In this document: positions 20,834 to 31,628 of the stretch, in pieces | Layout of the letters: every line of letters begins with the position of its first letter | Numbering within the stretch: the first letter of the stretch is position 1 | Notes under the pieces: model-generated | What the model was told of the DNA's origin: nothing | What the model saw: the letters and a program-made list of their open reading frames with translations, nothing else | Databases searched by the model: none | Source: Nitrospirota bacterium | Lineage (GTDB): Bacteria > Nitrospirota > UBA9217 | NCBI GenBank assembly: GCA_963845065.1 | Contig: CAWJQQ010000006.1 | Location: 224,001-288,000 of the forward strand | Direction: 5' to 3' | Length of the DNA: 64,000 nucleotides | Position numbers and translations under genes: made by a program

Positions 20834-21072
20834 AACGTCAGATTCATGATACCGAATGCCGATAGAGCAGTATCCGGTATTTTTGGACTTTTGCACCTGC
20901 TTAACCCACCCTGCCAACGACTCAGTCTTTTCGTTCTGAATCTTGGGATACGTACTTTCGTTATGCCCCTAATTTCCGCACTCCCTACACCCTTATTTTG
21001 AATTGAAAATTGTCCTTTGGCATGGCATAATCGCAGAAAGTTCAACAGGTACACAGCGTAAAGGAGCGCTCC

Positions 21073-22314
21073 ATGCTTATCCAACCATTGCTCGGCATCA
21101 TAATATTCCTTGGAATCGCCTGGAGCATCAGCGAACAAAGGAATAAGGTAAAATACACGACGATTCTCTCCGGCATTTTGGTTCAATTCGCAATAGCTGG
21201 GATCTTGCTTTATATTCCAATATTCAAAAAATTTTTCATGTTCTTAAACAACGTTGTCCTATCGCTTGAAGCTGCGACCAAGGCAGGTACGTCCTTCGTG
21301 TTTGGATACATTGGCGGCGGGACACCGCCCTTCCTTCTCCAAGACCCAGGGTCAAACTTCATTCTCGCTTTTCAGGCATTGCCACTGGTCCTTGTGATCG
21401 GTGCGCTCTCGTCGCTTCTTTTCTACTGGAAGGTACTTCCCACTGTCGTTAAAGGCTTTTCCTTCCTGCTTCAGAAGACTATGAACATCGGCGGTGCACT
21501 AGGTTTAGGCGCTTCTACAACGATTTTCCTCGGCATGATAGAGGCTCCGCTTGTGATCAAGCCCTATCTAAAAAGTATGACACGGAGCGAGCTTTTTTCG
21601 CTCATGACCGTAGGCATGGCCTGCATTGCCGGCACTGTGATGATCCTCTATGCCACAATCCTTAACAATGTGATCCCCGATCCCTTGGGCCATATCCTCG
21701 TCGCATCATTCATACATGTAGCGGCTGCTATTACGGTTGCGCGCATTATGGTGCCCGAAACCGGCGAAGAGACAGCTGGGAACCTTCTGCCACTGCCCGC
21801 AGCAACAAGTTCTATGGACGCCGTTGTCAAGGGGACTTTAGATGGCCTTCAGCTCCTCCTCAATATCATCGCCATGCTCGTAGTGATGGTTGCTCTCGTG
21901 CACCTTGCAAATACGCTCATTGGTCTTCTTCCGAATGTTGCTGGACGCCCGCTTACGCTCCAGAGAATCCTCGGATTCGTCATGGCCCCCATCGTCTGGC
22001 TTTTCGGCATCCCTTGGCCTCAGGCACAGACGGCTGGCTTTCTCATGGGTACTAAAACTATCCTGAACGAATTGCTTGCGTTCCTCGAAATGGTAAACCT
22101 CCCACCAGGCGCACTTGACGACCGCAGCCGTTTGATCATGACTTATGCACTCAGTAGTTTCGCGAACTTTGGTAGCTTGGGCATCCTTATCGGCGGTCTC
22201 GGCAGTCTAGCGCCTGAACGACGAGAAGAAGTTGTCAACCTCGGGATGAAGGCAATCGTAGCTGGCACGCTCGCCACGTGCATGACCGGTGCAGTGATCG
22301 GAATATTTACATAA
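21073..22314 (+). CDS. Concentrative nucleoside transporter (NupC/CNT family)
   Basis: FVFG, EAPL.IKPYL..MTRSEL, KTILNEL and FANFGS motifs; multiple TM helices. Confidence 0.92.
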   Translation: MLIQPLLGIIIFLGIAWSISEQRNKVKYTTILSGILVQFAIAGILLYIPIFKKFFMFLNNVVLSLEAATKAGTSFVFGYIGGGTPPFLLQDPGSNFILAFQALPLVLVIGALSSLLFYWKVLPTVVKGFSFLLQKTMNIGGALGLGASTTIFLGMIEAPLVIKPYLKSMTRSELFSLMTVGMACIAGTVMILYATILNNVIPDPLGHILVASFIHVAAAITVARIMVPETGEETAGNLLPLPAATSSMDAVVKGTLDGLQLLLNIIAMLVVMVALVHLANTLIGLLPNVAGRPLTLQRILGFVMAPIVWLFGIPWPQAQTAGFLMGTKTILNELLAFLEMVNLPPGALDDRSRLIMTYALSSFANFGSLGILIGGLGSLAPERREEVVNLGMKAIVAGTLATCMTGAVIGIFT

Positions 22315-22425
22315 ACGCAAGAAAGCACTTGAACAGTCACGTCGCGGTTTAATATACTCAAGATTGTCGTTTTTTTTTGTCTCTGAAGATATACCCTTTC
22401 GCAAATCATTCTGGTATAATCAAGT

Positions 22426-24039
22426 ATGAATTTTTTCAGCTTGGGTGGTCGGTTCATTCGGGGCATAAATCTATTCTTCAGGTTTCTCCTGAGCTACAAA
22501 TTTAATTCACTCAGGAATATCTTCGCCTCTCCAGACCTTAGACAAGTGCGCTTGAAGCGGCTCCACGCTAAAAACGCGCGCATGCTGCGCGAACATATGA
22601 TTGCTATGCGCGGTGTCCTCATCAAGATTGGCCAGTTTCTGTCTTCTCGCGTTGATATCCTTCCCGAGGAATACACCGACGAACTCTCGAAGCTCCAGGA
22701 CCAGGTGCCGCCGGCACCGTTCCATGCCATCGCGCAGAGGATCACCGACGAGTTGGGCCCGGTGGATAAAATTTTCTCTTCTTTTACCGAAGTTCCGATA
22801 GCGTCTGCGTCGATCGGTCAAGTTCACCGCGCTTGCCTCATGGACGGTGAATGCATCGTAATCAAGGTCCAGTACCCTGGCATCGAGGAAGTGATCGCTG
22901 CCGATATGCGGACGGTCAAGTTCATCGTCAGGATTCTGCGAATGCTTTACCGTCAGATCAACTTGGATGTCATCTTTTCCGAATTCTCGCGCATCTTGCT
23001 GGAAGAGCTCGATTACCTTCAGGAAGGGAAAAATGCTGAGACCTTCGCAAGCAACTTTAGCGAGAGTAAGACAATAGATATTCCTCTTGTTTACTGGCCT
23101 TTTACAACCTCCAAGATTCTTGCGCTCGAATATCTCGAAGGTATAAAAATCACAGACTTCGATGCCATCGACCGCGCAGGGATTGACCGGAAGGCAACTG
23201 CCCGCATATTGGCGGAAGCCTATGCCCAGATGTTCTTTCTTGACGGTTTGTTCCACGGTGATCCGCACCCCGGCAACATCTTTGTCCGTCCGGGACCCCA
23301 GATCATCTTGGTAGATTTCGGCATGGTTGATCGCATCACAGCCCAGCGACGGGAAGGATTGCGGCGTGGGTTTTCCGCAATTGTTGAGCGGGATGCTTTG
23401 GGCTTGGTTCGGACTCTCGTGGACCAGGGGTTCATACCGCTGACTAAAGACATCCAGCCTTTCGTGCATTTCGTTGACAGGATCTTTCAAAAATATCGTG
23501 ACATGTCGGCGTCTGAGTTCAAGGCCATGGACATTAACGACATCGGCCGCGACATCCAGGAGGCTCTCCAACTTTCCCCCTCAATACAAATACCGAACGA
23601 CTTCATCCTTTTCGGCCGCGTCATCGGAATGTTGAACGGTCTCAGCTCGCGTCTCGATCCCGACACGAACATCATCGAGATCGCAGCGCCTTTTGCCAAG
23701 CGATTCATCAAATCCGACGAATTTACCGCCACCGGAATGCTTATTCATGCCGGTGCAACGGGGCGGGCCTTGCTGAGGCTGCCGAAGCTTTTATCCGATT
23801 TTATCGTAACCACGAGCCGCGGCGAGACACGCGTGGAGATCACGTCGAGGGACATTGTGGAGGAACTCAGAAAAATATCTAGCATCGGAAAAGGCTTTGT
23901 CTTTGCCATCCTCGCGGTAGGGGCAGGCATAGGCGCAGTCGAGCTGCGCATTAATCATTTCGAATCGGAGAGCATGTGGGCTACCGTTGCCTGCGGTATT
24001 CTCTTCATGTTGCTTTTGATTTCTCTTCGGGAAAAGTAA
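22426..24039 (+). CDS. ABC1/UbiB (AarF) family atypical kinase
   Basis: IKIGQ, LQDQVP, ASASIGQVHRA, KVQYP, ELDY, HGDPHPGN and DFGM motifs. Confidence 0.92.
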   Translation: MNFFSLGGRFIRGINLFFRFLLSYKFNSLRNIFASPDLRQVRLKRLHAKNARMLREHMIAMRGVLIKIGQFLSSRVDILPEEYTDELSKLQDQVPPAPFHAIAQRITDELGPVDKIFSSFTEVPIASASIGQVHRACLMDGECIVIKVQYPGIEEVIAADMRTVKFIVRILRMLYRQINLDVIFSEFSRILLEELDYLQEGKNAETFASNFSESKTIDIPLVYWPFTTSKILALEYLEGIKITDFDAIDRAGIDRKATARILAEAYAQMFFLDGLFHGDPHPGNIFVRPGPQIILVDFGMVDRITAQRREGLRRGFSAIVERDALGLVRTLVDQGFIPLTKDIQPFVHFVDRIFQKYRDMSASEFKAMDINDIGRDIQEALQLSPSIQIPNDFILFGRVIGMLNGLSSRLDPDTNIIEIAAPFAKRFIKSDEFTATGMLIHAGATGRALLRLPKLLSDFIVTTSRGETRVEITSRDIVEELRKISSIGKGFVFAILAVGAGIGAVELRINHFESESMWATVACGILFMLLLISLREK

Positions 24040-24165
24040 CGGTACCTGATCCTTCTTGCTCGCTACTTCCATCATTCCGCACTTTCCCAATTGGGTTGAA
24101 CCTGTGGAAGGGGCTAGCGCCGTTCCTGTTGTCTAAAGGAAAACGAAGCTGCAAGGCCGAATTAG

Positions 24166-24945
24166 TTATGAGACGCTGAGGACCTCAGATGCGCTGTATC
24201 GGTCTGCGACATAGAGGGTAAGTTTTTCTGACATGACCTTGCGGTGGGTCTTGAGAGCAACGTCAGGATGATTGTTTTGTTCAGAGAGATGGGCAAGACA
24301 GGCCCATTTAAGGCGATTCGAAAGGGATGCATGGAGCAGCACTTCTGCAGCTTCGATATTTGAAATGTGGCCGCGCGGGCCTTTAATCCGCTTCTTTAGA
24401 TATGCGGGATAGGGCCCGAGCGCGAGCATTTCGGGATCGTAGTTGCTCTCGAGGAATACGGCGTCGAGTGAAGCCACGATGTGCACGAGGCCCTTGAACA
24501 CATGACCCAGATCCGTGAAGATCCCCAGCCGTTTTTTACCGGCCTCGACTACGAATGCTGATCCATCTACGCCGTCATGGGGTGTGGGAATCGTATAAAC
24601 GATCACGTCGCCGATTTTCAATTTATCATTTGACCGGAAGTGTCGTACGTCTTTCATTTTCCCGAGTGCGCAACGTGACGATGCTGCTGCCAGCGTCGCT
24701 GGCGTCACAAAGACGGGTAGACCGTATTTCCGCTGCAGCACTCCTGCATGCCGGACGTGGTCGGAATGGTCGTGCGAGATGATCACAGCGTCTACGTCGC
24801 GAATATTACGGCCTTGTGCTCTGAGTCGCTCCTCTGCCTGCACCCCGCTGATGCCTGCGTCGAAAAGCAGCCTTGTGCCTTCGGTCTCGACATAGATACA
24901 GTTGCCACTGCTGCCTGACTGGAGAGACATTGCAATCATGGTCAT
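24166..24945 (-). CDS. MBL-fold metallo-hydrolase (YycJ/WalJ-like)
   Basis: SGSSGN, SHDHSDH, TDLG, ESNYD, GHISN and HLSEQNN motifs. Confidence 0.9.
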   Translation of the reverse strand: MTMIAMSLQSGSSGNCIYVETEGTRLLFDAGISGVQAEERLRAQGRNIRDVDAVIISHDHSDHVRHAGVLQRKYGLPVFVTPATLAAASSRCALGKMKDVRHFRSNDKLKIGDVIVYTIPTPHDGVDGSAFVVEAGKKRLGIFTDLGHVFKGLVHIVASLDAVFLESNYDPEMLALGPYPAYLKKRIKGPRGHISNIEAAEVLLHASLSNRLKWACLAHLSEQNNHPDVALKTHRKVMSEKLTLYVADRYSASEVLSVS

Positions 24946-25027
24946 GACAAATGCACTTTATCAGCCCAGCAGACGTTTGTCAACTGAAACACTATATAGG
25001 GCACAAACTTCAAAACAGTTCTCAATT

Positions 25028-25110
25028 CACCTTCGGCAAGCTCAGGCTCAAACGATTTGTCAGTAAAATTGCCGAGTACAAATCGCTTATGATGAGCCTA
25101 TCAAATTATG
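25028..25110. repeat. Degenerate REP-like palindromic element
   Basis: CCTTCGGCAAGCTCAGG...TGAGCCTATCAA resembles the CCTTCGACAAGCTCAGG/TGAGCCTGTCGAA intergenic palindrome type. Confidence 0.4.
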
Positions 25111-25242
25111 TGAACGTTTTTTGCTTCGGTTTATTGAGAAAAATCTTCTTCTGGGCTGCCGATTATTCTCTGTGATGCCAACGTTTACACGCACCGTCAT
25201 TTCCGATGCTAAACACAGGGTCTTTGACGGAACCGGAGATTA

Positions 25243-25974
25243 ATGCAAAACCACTCACTGCTCGACAGAGTTAGCATAGTCCTCGTAAACACCAAAACAC
25301 CGGCTAATATCGGTGCGACCGCTCGGTGTATGATGAATACAGGCCTCTCACGCCTCGTTCTCGTGAATCCACCCCATGACGACAACGGCGATGCCTCCAG
25401 ACTTGCTGCAGGTGCTGACCATATTTTGCAACAGGCGCAGGTCTTCTCCTCGCTTGCGGAAGCAGTCAACGGCCAGGGTTTGGTTATTGGCACATCGCGT
25501 CGGAAAAGCAAGCGACGGAAGAACATCCTGTTACCGCACGATATGGCTATGAGCATTGTCCCTCTCCTTGCTCTGAATAACGTGGCGATTGTCTTTGGCA
25601 ATGAAGTAACCGGGTTAGAGCTCCGCGACATCACGCTTTGCCATGAATTGGTATCAATACCCTCTGCTGAATCATTTCCATCGTTGAACCTTTCCCATGC
25701 CGTTATGATAGTTGCCTACGAGTTGTTTGTGACCGCAGGTGCGCCTGCGATGCCTTCGACCGAAAAGCTTGCGCGCACAGAAGACGTGGAGCTTTTTTAT
25801 TGCCGTTTGCAGGAGACGCTTCAAGCTATTGGCTTCTTTAACGACCAGGATTCCATCCGTATAATGCACTCGCTCAGGCAAATATTCGGCAGGTCTCGGC
25901 TGGACAGTCGGGACGTGCAAATTTTGCAGGGAATTCTTTCTACTTTCAAAAGGATGCTTAGGAACGATACCTAA
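25243..25974 (+). CDS. trmJ: TrmJ/LasT family tRNA/rRNA methyltransferase (SPOUT)
   Basis: IVLV.T..PANIGATARCM.N.GL, FGNE..GL and SLNLSHAV motifs. Confidence 0.85.
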   Translation: MQNHSLLDRVSIVLVNTKTPANIGATARCMMNTGLSRLVLVNPPHDDNGDASRLAAGADHILQQAQVFSSLAEAVNGQGLVIGTSRRKSKRRKNILLPHDMAMSIVPLLALNNVAIVFGNEVTGLELRDITLCHELVSIPSAESFPSLNLSHAVMIVAYELFVTAGAPAMPSTEKLARTEDVELFYCRLQETLQAIGFFNDQDSIRIMHSLRQIFGRSRLDSRDVQILQGILSTFKRMLRNDT

Positions 25975-26658
25975 TGTTGTTACCTGCCGGTGCATTGAGT
26001 AAAATCTACACACTTCTTTTTTCTTTTTCCATCAACCTACAATTATCAATTAATGTCTAGCCACACATTCTGGTTGACAAGTGTCGTCATTAAAATTATA
26101 TTATTGTCAAAAAATTAATAATTGGTGGTTTGTTGTTTGATATTTATGATACATGTCTCAATAAAATTTTGTTGTCAATCATTTTTCTTTATGGACAAGG
26201 GGCAGATAATGGGTACACCAGCAGATTTTTCTGCTGTTATCGCTACATCTTTAGTATAACAAGAATGATGGGAATTAAAAAAGTGCGGATGATAAGACCA
26301 CAACTCGGTCATAAGGTTGCCGAGTTCGGCATTTTCCTGCTGCGGTTCATTAGCCATTAAACGGTGCATGTCATGGTGAAATACCAGTAGTTGATGCAGG
26401 GTCGTGTCAGATTCCCTTTGCCGAAGGTAAGATCCTGTAGACCTTTGTACAAAAACTTACAAATTGTTGTCGTTATATGTCCTTGAAGCGAATAAATAGG
26501 CGGAGGACGGACTACTTTCAACTTTTCCCATGCGACTTGGAAACGAAAACGACGGTGGCAACAATCCTCTTCACTCGAGCACCGTTTCTACGATGCAGTG
26601 AAACAGAATAAATGTTTGTTTTGATTGCAATCCATAAGGGGAGGATTATTAGAAAGAT

Positions 26659-27033
26659 ATGAAAAAGTTAAATTGCTGGGAGCATAAGAAATGCGGCCGT
26701 CAGCCGGGCGGCCATAAGGCACAGGAACTCGGCATATGTCCTGTCACCACCTATACAGACCTGCATGGTGTACATGGCGGGGCTAATGCCGGTAGGGCAT
26801 GCTGGGCAATAGCCGGATCGTTGTGCGGTGGCAAAATCCAGGGGACGTATGCTCAAAAACTGACCAACTGCTGGAGGTGCGATTTTATGAATGTCGTTAA
26901 GCAGGAGGAAGCACCTACCCCACTCGGCTTTTCTGCCACGCGTCTCGGTCTGGACAAAGCCCTGGAAAAACAGCGGCTCATGGAAGACGACACTATTACC
27001 AAAGCAAGAATGGCGCAGGTAGAGCAGCACTAA
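26659..27033 (+). CDS. Two-CW domain-containing protein
   Basis: GGGAGG SD; NCWEHKKCGR...CP...GRACWAIAGSLCGG...NCWRCDF. Confidence 0.75.
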   Translation: MKKLNCWEHKKCGRQPGGHKAQELGICPVTTYTDLHGVHGGANAGRACWAIAGSLCGGKIQGTYAQKLTNCWRCDFMNVVKQEEAPTPLGFSATRLGLDKALEKQRLMEDDTITKARMAQVEQH

Positions 27034-27145
27034 GAATCGGTGTAACAATTCGTTCCTTAGTGAAGACAATTCTCGAACCTGTGGATCCAAAAAATGCGAA
27101 GATGTCGTGACTAGATGTTAATGTCTTTGTGTACTGTAGTTTTTT

Positions 27146-28264
27146 TCAGTCCGCCTGACGTCTAAGGAACGTGGGTTTGTCCAGGTCCTCACTATCGATG
27201 CCCAACGCCTCGTTCTTAAAATCGAAGGCCTCCTGCTTGCGCTTCGGCCGATCCGTGACCTTTATGAAATCCTTCAGATTCACCGGCCGTTTTACGCGCT
27301 CACGGATACCTTCTTCGTCAAACCCTGTCGCGATAACCGTAACCATTACCTCCTCACTCATCACAGGGTTGATCACTGCGCCAAAAATGATGTTAGCACC
27401 ATGATCGACCTCCTCTTTGATGATAGCTGAAGCCTCGTTGAACTCGTAGATGCCCATATCGTTGCCACCGGTGATGTTAATGAGCACCGCCCGGGCGCCC
27501 TTGATGGATCCATCTTCGAGCAAGGGGCTTGCGATCGCTTTCTGGGCTGCATCGATGGCCCGTCCCTCGCCCTTGCCGATGCCTGTACCCATCACGGCCC
27601 TGCCGCGGTTCGCCATCACAGTCTTGACGTCGGCAAAATCGACATTGACATACCCGGGCACCATCACGACATCGGAGATACCCTTAACCGCCTGTCCGAG
27701 CACGCTGTCGGCGAGTTTGAAAGACTCTAAGAGTGTGGTTTTCTTTTCCGCGAGATTAAGCAGCCGTTCGTTCGGGATCACGATGAGTGCATCGACGTTC
27801 TTCTTGAGTTCGGCAAGTCCTTCTACGGCCTTATGCATCCTGGTCATACCTTCAAAACTGAACGGTTTCGTGACCACGCCTACGGCAAGGGCGCCAACTT
27901 CACGTGCGAGGCTTGCAATCACCGGCGCAGCACCCGTCCCCGTGCCGCCGCCCATGCCTGCAGTAATGAAGACCATGTCGGCCCCGGCGAGCGCCGCTTT
28001 GATCTTTTCGGCGTCTTCAAGCGCTGCATTTCTTCCAATCTCTGGATTTGCGCCTGCCCCTCTGCCGCAGGTGAGCTTTGATCCGATCTGGAGCTTGATC
28101 GGCACCCGCGCGAGCTCCAAGGCCTGCATATCAGTGTTCACGACGATGAACTGAACGCCTTTGATGTCCGACTGAACCATGGTGACCACAGCATTGCTAC
28201 CACCTCCTCCCACGCCAATCACCTTAATAACCGCAGGCATTCTCTCTTCTTCAAACTGAAACAT
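27146..28264 (-). CDS. ftsZ: Cell division protein FtsZ
   Basis: GVGGGG, GGGTGTG and NVDFADV motifs, C-terminal PTFLR; AGGAGG SD. Alternative in-frame ATG at 28372. Confidence 0.98.
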   Translation of the reverse strand: MFQFEEERMPAVIKVIGVGGGGSNAVVTMVQSDIKGVQFIVVNTDMQALELARVPIKLQIGSKLTCGRGAGANPEIGRNAALEDAEKIKAALAGADMVFITAGMGGGTGTGAAPVIASLAREVGALAVGVVTKPFSFEGMTRMHKAVEGLAELKKNVDALIVIPNERLLNLAEKKTTLLESFKLADSVLGQAVKGISDVVMVPGYVNVDFADVKTVMANRGRAVMGTGIGKGEGRAIDAAQKAIASPLLEDGSIKGARAVLINITGGNDMGIYEFNEASAIIKEEVDHGANIIFGAVINPVMSEEVMVTVIATGFDEEGIRERVKRPVNLKDFIKVTDRPKRKQEAFDFKNEALGIDSEDLDKPTFLRRQAD

Positions 28265-28469
28265 CCCTGTAGTCCTCCTCTCCTCGCACGCTTCGGTAAG
28301 CTCCGAATGTTTATGCGAGATGGTAGCAATTTCTATGATATCCTGAAACCCGAGTTCAAGATTGTCGTCCATGTCACCTCCGGTGCTCGCGAATTAAGAA
28401 AAGTATTAATTAAAGACGAGAAAGTTAAATGGGATAGCGGCAATTTCCACTTTCACATTCATAGATACC

Positions 28470-29693
28470 CTATATATATTCCCCTAGCCATTTCCAGAAC
28501 CGGCTGACCGAACCGACTCTCCTGAAAGAACGCGGTACGCCGTGCTGGTTTTCCGCTCCATAAAGCACCAAACCCACGCCAGTTGCATAGATTGGGCTGT
28601 TGACCACATCCATCAGTCCACCAATGTTTCGCGGCGTGCCTCGCCTTATCGGGAGGCCTAAAAAGCGTTCGGCAGAGTCCTGTACGCCCTCCATGAGCGC
28701 AGTACCTCCGGTCAGAACGACGCCGGACGCGAACATGTCCTCGAAGCCCGTTTTCTTAAGCCTCTGTTGCACCATGCCGAGCAATTCTTCAACGCGTGGT
28801 TCGATAATCTCGCACAGGATCTGGCGCGATAAAAGCCGAGGCGGTCTGCCTCCCACACTCGGCACATCTAGTGTGTCCTCACTTTTTACAAGGGACGAGA
28901 GGGCGCAACCGTATTTGATCTTGATCTTTTCCGCCTCCGACGCAGGTGTACGTAGCCCGATGGCGATATCGTTAGTGAGGTGGTTCCCGCCGATGGGCAG
29001 CACTTCGGTATGCCACAAACTTCCTTCAAGAAAGAATGCGAGATCCGTCGTCCCGCCTCCGATGTCGACAACCACGACACCGAGTTCCTGTTCCTCAGTC
29101 GTGAGCACTGCCCTGCTCGATGCTAGAGGCTGGAGCACCAGGTCGTTCACGTGCAGCCCCGCGCGGGAGCAGCTCTTCACGATGTTTTGGATGGCTGTCA
29201 CCGCGCCGGTAATGATGTGCACCTTGACATCGAGTCGGGTCCCCGACATACCGTGCGGATCCTTGATACCGTCCTGGTCATCGATGATAAATTCCTGAGG
29301 CAGGACGTGCAGAATCTGCTGGTCCATAGGGATGTTCACTGCCCGAGCTCCGTCTATCGCCCGGGCCACATCCGCCGATCCCACCTCACGGTTCTTGATC
29401 GCTGCAACGCCTCGGGAATTGATGCCCTTGATATGACCCCCGGAGATACCGACAAAGACCGAGTTGATCTCGACGCCGGCCATGAGTTCAGCTTCCTGAA
29501 TGGCTTTCTTAATGGACTCCACCGTGCTGTCGATGTTGACTACGACACCTTTTTTCAGCCCATGGGATGGACTGATGCCGATCCCGATGATATCAACCTG
29601 TCCGGCGTCCTTCACCTCTCCGACTATGGCGCACACTTTGGTTGTTCCAAGGTCGAGACCGACGAGCACATTATCCGACTTTTTTTTAGCCAC
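28470..29693 (-). CDS. ftsA: Cell division protein FtsA
   Basis: GLDLGTTK, DIGGGTTD and VLTGG motifs, C-terminal amphipathic helix; GTG start after GGAGG. Confidence 0.97.
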   Translation of the reverse strand: MAKKKSDNVLVGLDLGTTKVCAIVGEVKDAGQVDIIGIGISPSHGLKKGVVVNIDSTVESIKKAIQEAELMAGVEINSVFVGISGGHIKGINSRGVAAIKNREVGSADVARAIDGARAVNIPMDQQILHVLPQEFIIDDQDGIKDPHGMSGTRLDVKVHIITGAVTAIQNIVKSCSRAGLHVNDLVLQPLASSRAVLTTEEQELGVVVVDIGGGTTDLAFFLEGSLWHTEVLPIGGNHLTNDIAIGLRTPASEAEKIKIKYGCALSSLVKSEDTLDVPSVGGRPPRLLSRQILCEIIEPRVEELLGMVQQRLKKTGFEDMFASGVVLTGGTALMEGVQDSAERFLGLPIRRGTPRNIGGLMDVVNSPIYATGVGLVLYGAENQHGVPRSFRRVGSVSRFWKWLGEYI

Positions 29694-29728
29694 AAGGCCT
29701 CCTTGAATCAGGATCACGTATTCGTTAA

Positions 29729-30640
29729 TCAGAGAGTAGGAACACCTTTAAATTTTTTTCCGGATCTTGGCTCCATACCCCTGAACCCATCCTTTTTCAC
29801 CATCACTGCGGCCTGGCGTTCTGGACGAACGTCAACGTAGGAGAACTCAATGCCGCGCTGCTTTATGTCAGCCATGACTTCTGCCAGCCTTCGCAACTTT
29901 TCCGCATATCGTCCGCTTCCCATCCGGAATTCATGGTTGGCGTAAACAACTGTAAGTGAATCGGGTGAATTCGCCTTAACGGTCACATTCGCAAGCTGCC
30001 AGCCACCTCGTTCCGCAATTTGATGGAGGAGATGTACGGCCTCGGACAGCCCCCCGGAGGTCACCTGGTCGCCGAGCCTGGCAGGGTAATCTTTGATGGT
30101 CACAACCGGGAGTGGCCATTCTGAAGAATTTTCTTTCCGCAGCCGGTCGAGAATAACTCCTTCGTCATCTATTAGGTATCGTGCAGATCCCGTATCAAGG
30201 AGCATCGTAGGCGTCCGCTCGGAAAACACCATCGTGATGCGGTTAGGCATGCTGCGGTGGATCCTGACCTCTCTAACCCAGGGGTTTGCGCGCGCACGCC
30301 GCGCCGCGGCCTCGAGGTCCACACGAAAAATATTCTGTCCCGTAAATGAAGTGACTATATCTCGTAGGTCCGCCTCAGTCAGATGCTTGATGCCCTTTAC
30401 ATCAACGCCAGAAATCACTAATGCGTCTGCATGCACTATTGCCTGATATACCTGCCAACCTAGGAATCCGATGCCTGCGAGCATGATGATGACCGCCATC
30501 TTGACAAGCACACCGGCACTTCCGGTCGAACGGCTAACGGTTCGCATAACACCGCGTCCCACATCGATCCGCTTCTCGCTCGTCCGGTTCGATTTACCAC
30601 GGTACGATCTAGGTACTTTTACATTCTTATAATCTCTCAT
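29729..30640 (-). CDS. ftsQ: Cell division protein FtsQ/DivIB
   Basis: Single TM, POTRA (NPWV...R..PN), YVDVR; lies between ddl and ftsA. Confidence 0.88.
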   Translation of the reverse strand: MRDYKNVKVPRSYRGKSNRTSEKRIDVGRGVMRTVSRSTGSAGVLVKMAVIIMLAGIGFLGWQVYQAIVHADALVISGVDVKGIKHLTEADLRDIVTSFTGQNIFRVDLEAAARRARANPWVREVRIHRSMPNRITMVFSERTPTMLLDTGSARYLIDDEGVILDRLRKENSSEWPLPVVTIKDYPARLGDQVTSGGLSEAVHLLHQIAERGGWQLANVTVKANSPDSLTVVYANHEFRMGSGRYAEKLRRLAEVMADIKQRGIEFSYVDVRPERQAAVMVKKDGFRGMEPRSGKKFKGVPTL

Positions 30641-30675
30641 CCACTTTCGCCAAACTTGTCTAACCTGTTTACAGA

Positions 30676-31602
30676 CTACTTTTCCCCAATCGCCAACCTC
30701 AAAATCTCCTCCACTAGGTCGGGAAATGAGATTCCCACTCCCCGGGCAATTTCCGGCAGAAGGCTCGTGGCAGTCATGCCCGGAAGGGTGTTCACTTCAA
30801 GGATATAGGGCGACCCGCTTGCATCGATTATGAAATCGACCCTGCTGTATCCTTTGCAACCCAAAGCGCGGTGGGCGGACAAGCCGGCATCGAGGAGACG
30901 CTCGTATGCAGTATCATTGATCCTGGCCGGGAAGAAGTGTTCGGACATCCCTGCCTTATACTTTGCTTCATAGTCGTAGAATACATTTTTCGGCACGATC
31001 TCGATAGCACCGAGAGCCCTATTGCCCAGGACCCCCACCTGCACCTCTTTGCCGGTAATATATTTTTCAATCAATATCTCACGATCGTATTTAAACGCCA
31101 GTTCGACTGCGGGATCCAGCTCTTCGTTATTGTAAATCAGGCTTACGCCAACACTCGAACCTTCGGAACTCGGTTTCACGACAAGCGGATATGCGATGAT
31201 TGACGTGACCTCATTTACCTGCTCTCGCTTTCTTGCATCAAGGACCATATAAGGGCCTACGAGAAGACCGTGGGCCTTAAACAACAATTTAGAGAGGATC
31301 TTATTCATACCCACAGCGCTCGCGAGAATTCCCGAGCCGGTGTAGGGGATGCCCTCGATTTCTAGCAGCCCCTGGATTGCGCCGTCCTCGCCGAACTTCC
31401 CGTGCAGACCATTAAAAGCAATCTCGATACCTGACGTACGGATTACTTCTGCAATATCTCTGGTCACATCGATGGCAACAGCATTGTATCCTTTTTCCTT
31501 CAACGCCTTCAGTATGGCATTGCCGGTCGAAAGAGAAACCTCTCGTTCGGAAGAAATCCCTCCCATCAATACGCCGATTTTTTTGTTTGTTGCCAATCCC
31601 AT
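30676..31602 (-). CDS. ddl: D-alanine--D-alanine ligase
   Basis: GG.SSEREVSL, LHGKFGEDG, GSSVG and EVNTLPGMT motifs. Confidence 0.97.
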   Translation of the reverse strand: MGLATNKKIGVLMGGISSEREVSLSTGNAILKALKEKGYNAVAIDVTRDIAEVIRTSGIEIAFNGLHGKFGEDGAIQGLLEIEGIPYTGSGILASAVGMNKILSKLLFKAHGLLVGPYMVLDARKREQVNEVTSIIAYPLVVKPSSEGSSVGVSLIYNNEELDPAVELAFKYDREILIEKYITGKEVQVGVLGNRALGAIEIVPKNVFYDYEAKYKAGMSEHFFPARINDTAYERLLDAGLSAHRALGCKGYSRVDFIIDASGSPYILEVNTLPGMTATSLLPEIARGVGISFPDLVEEILRLAIGEK

Positions 31603-31628
31603 CGCACCTGACCCCCTGCCCCCTCTTG

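Noticed and set aside
22507..23571. Long antisense ORFs (also 49084..49980, 32557..33348, 13085..13786, 17191..17892)
   Set aside because: They are shadows of well-supported genes on the opposite strand, with no motifs of their own.
26326..26341. sigma54 -24/-12 site upstream of the two-CW gene
   Set aside because: The GG-to-GC spacing is 9 nt instead of the required 10.
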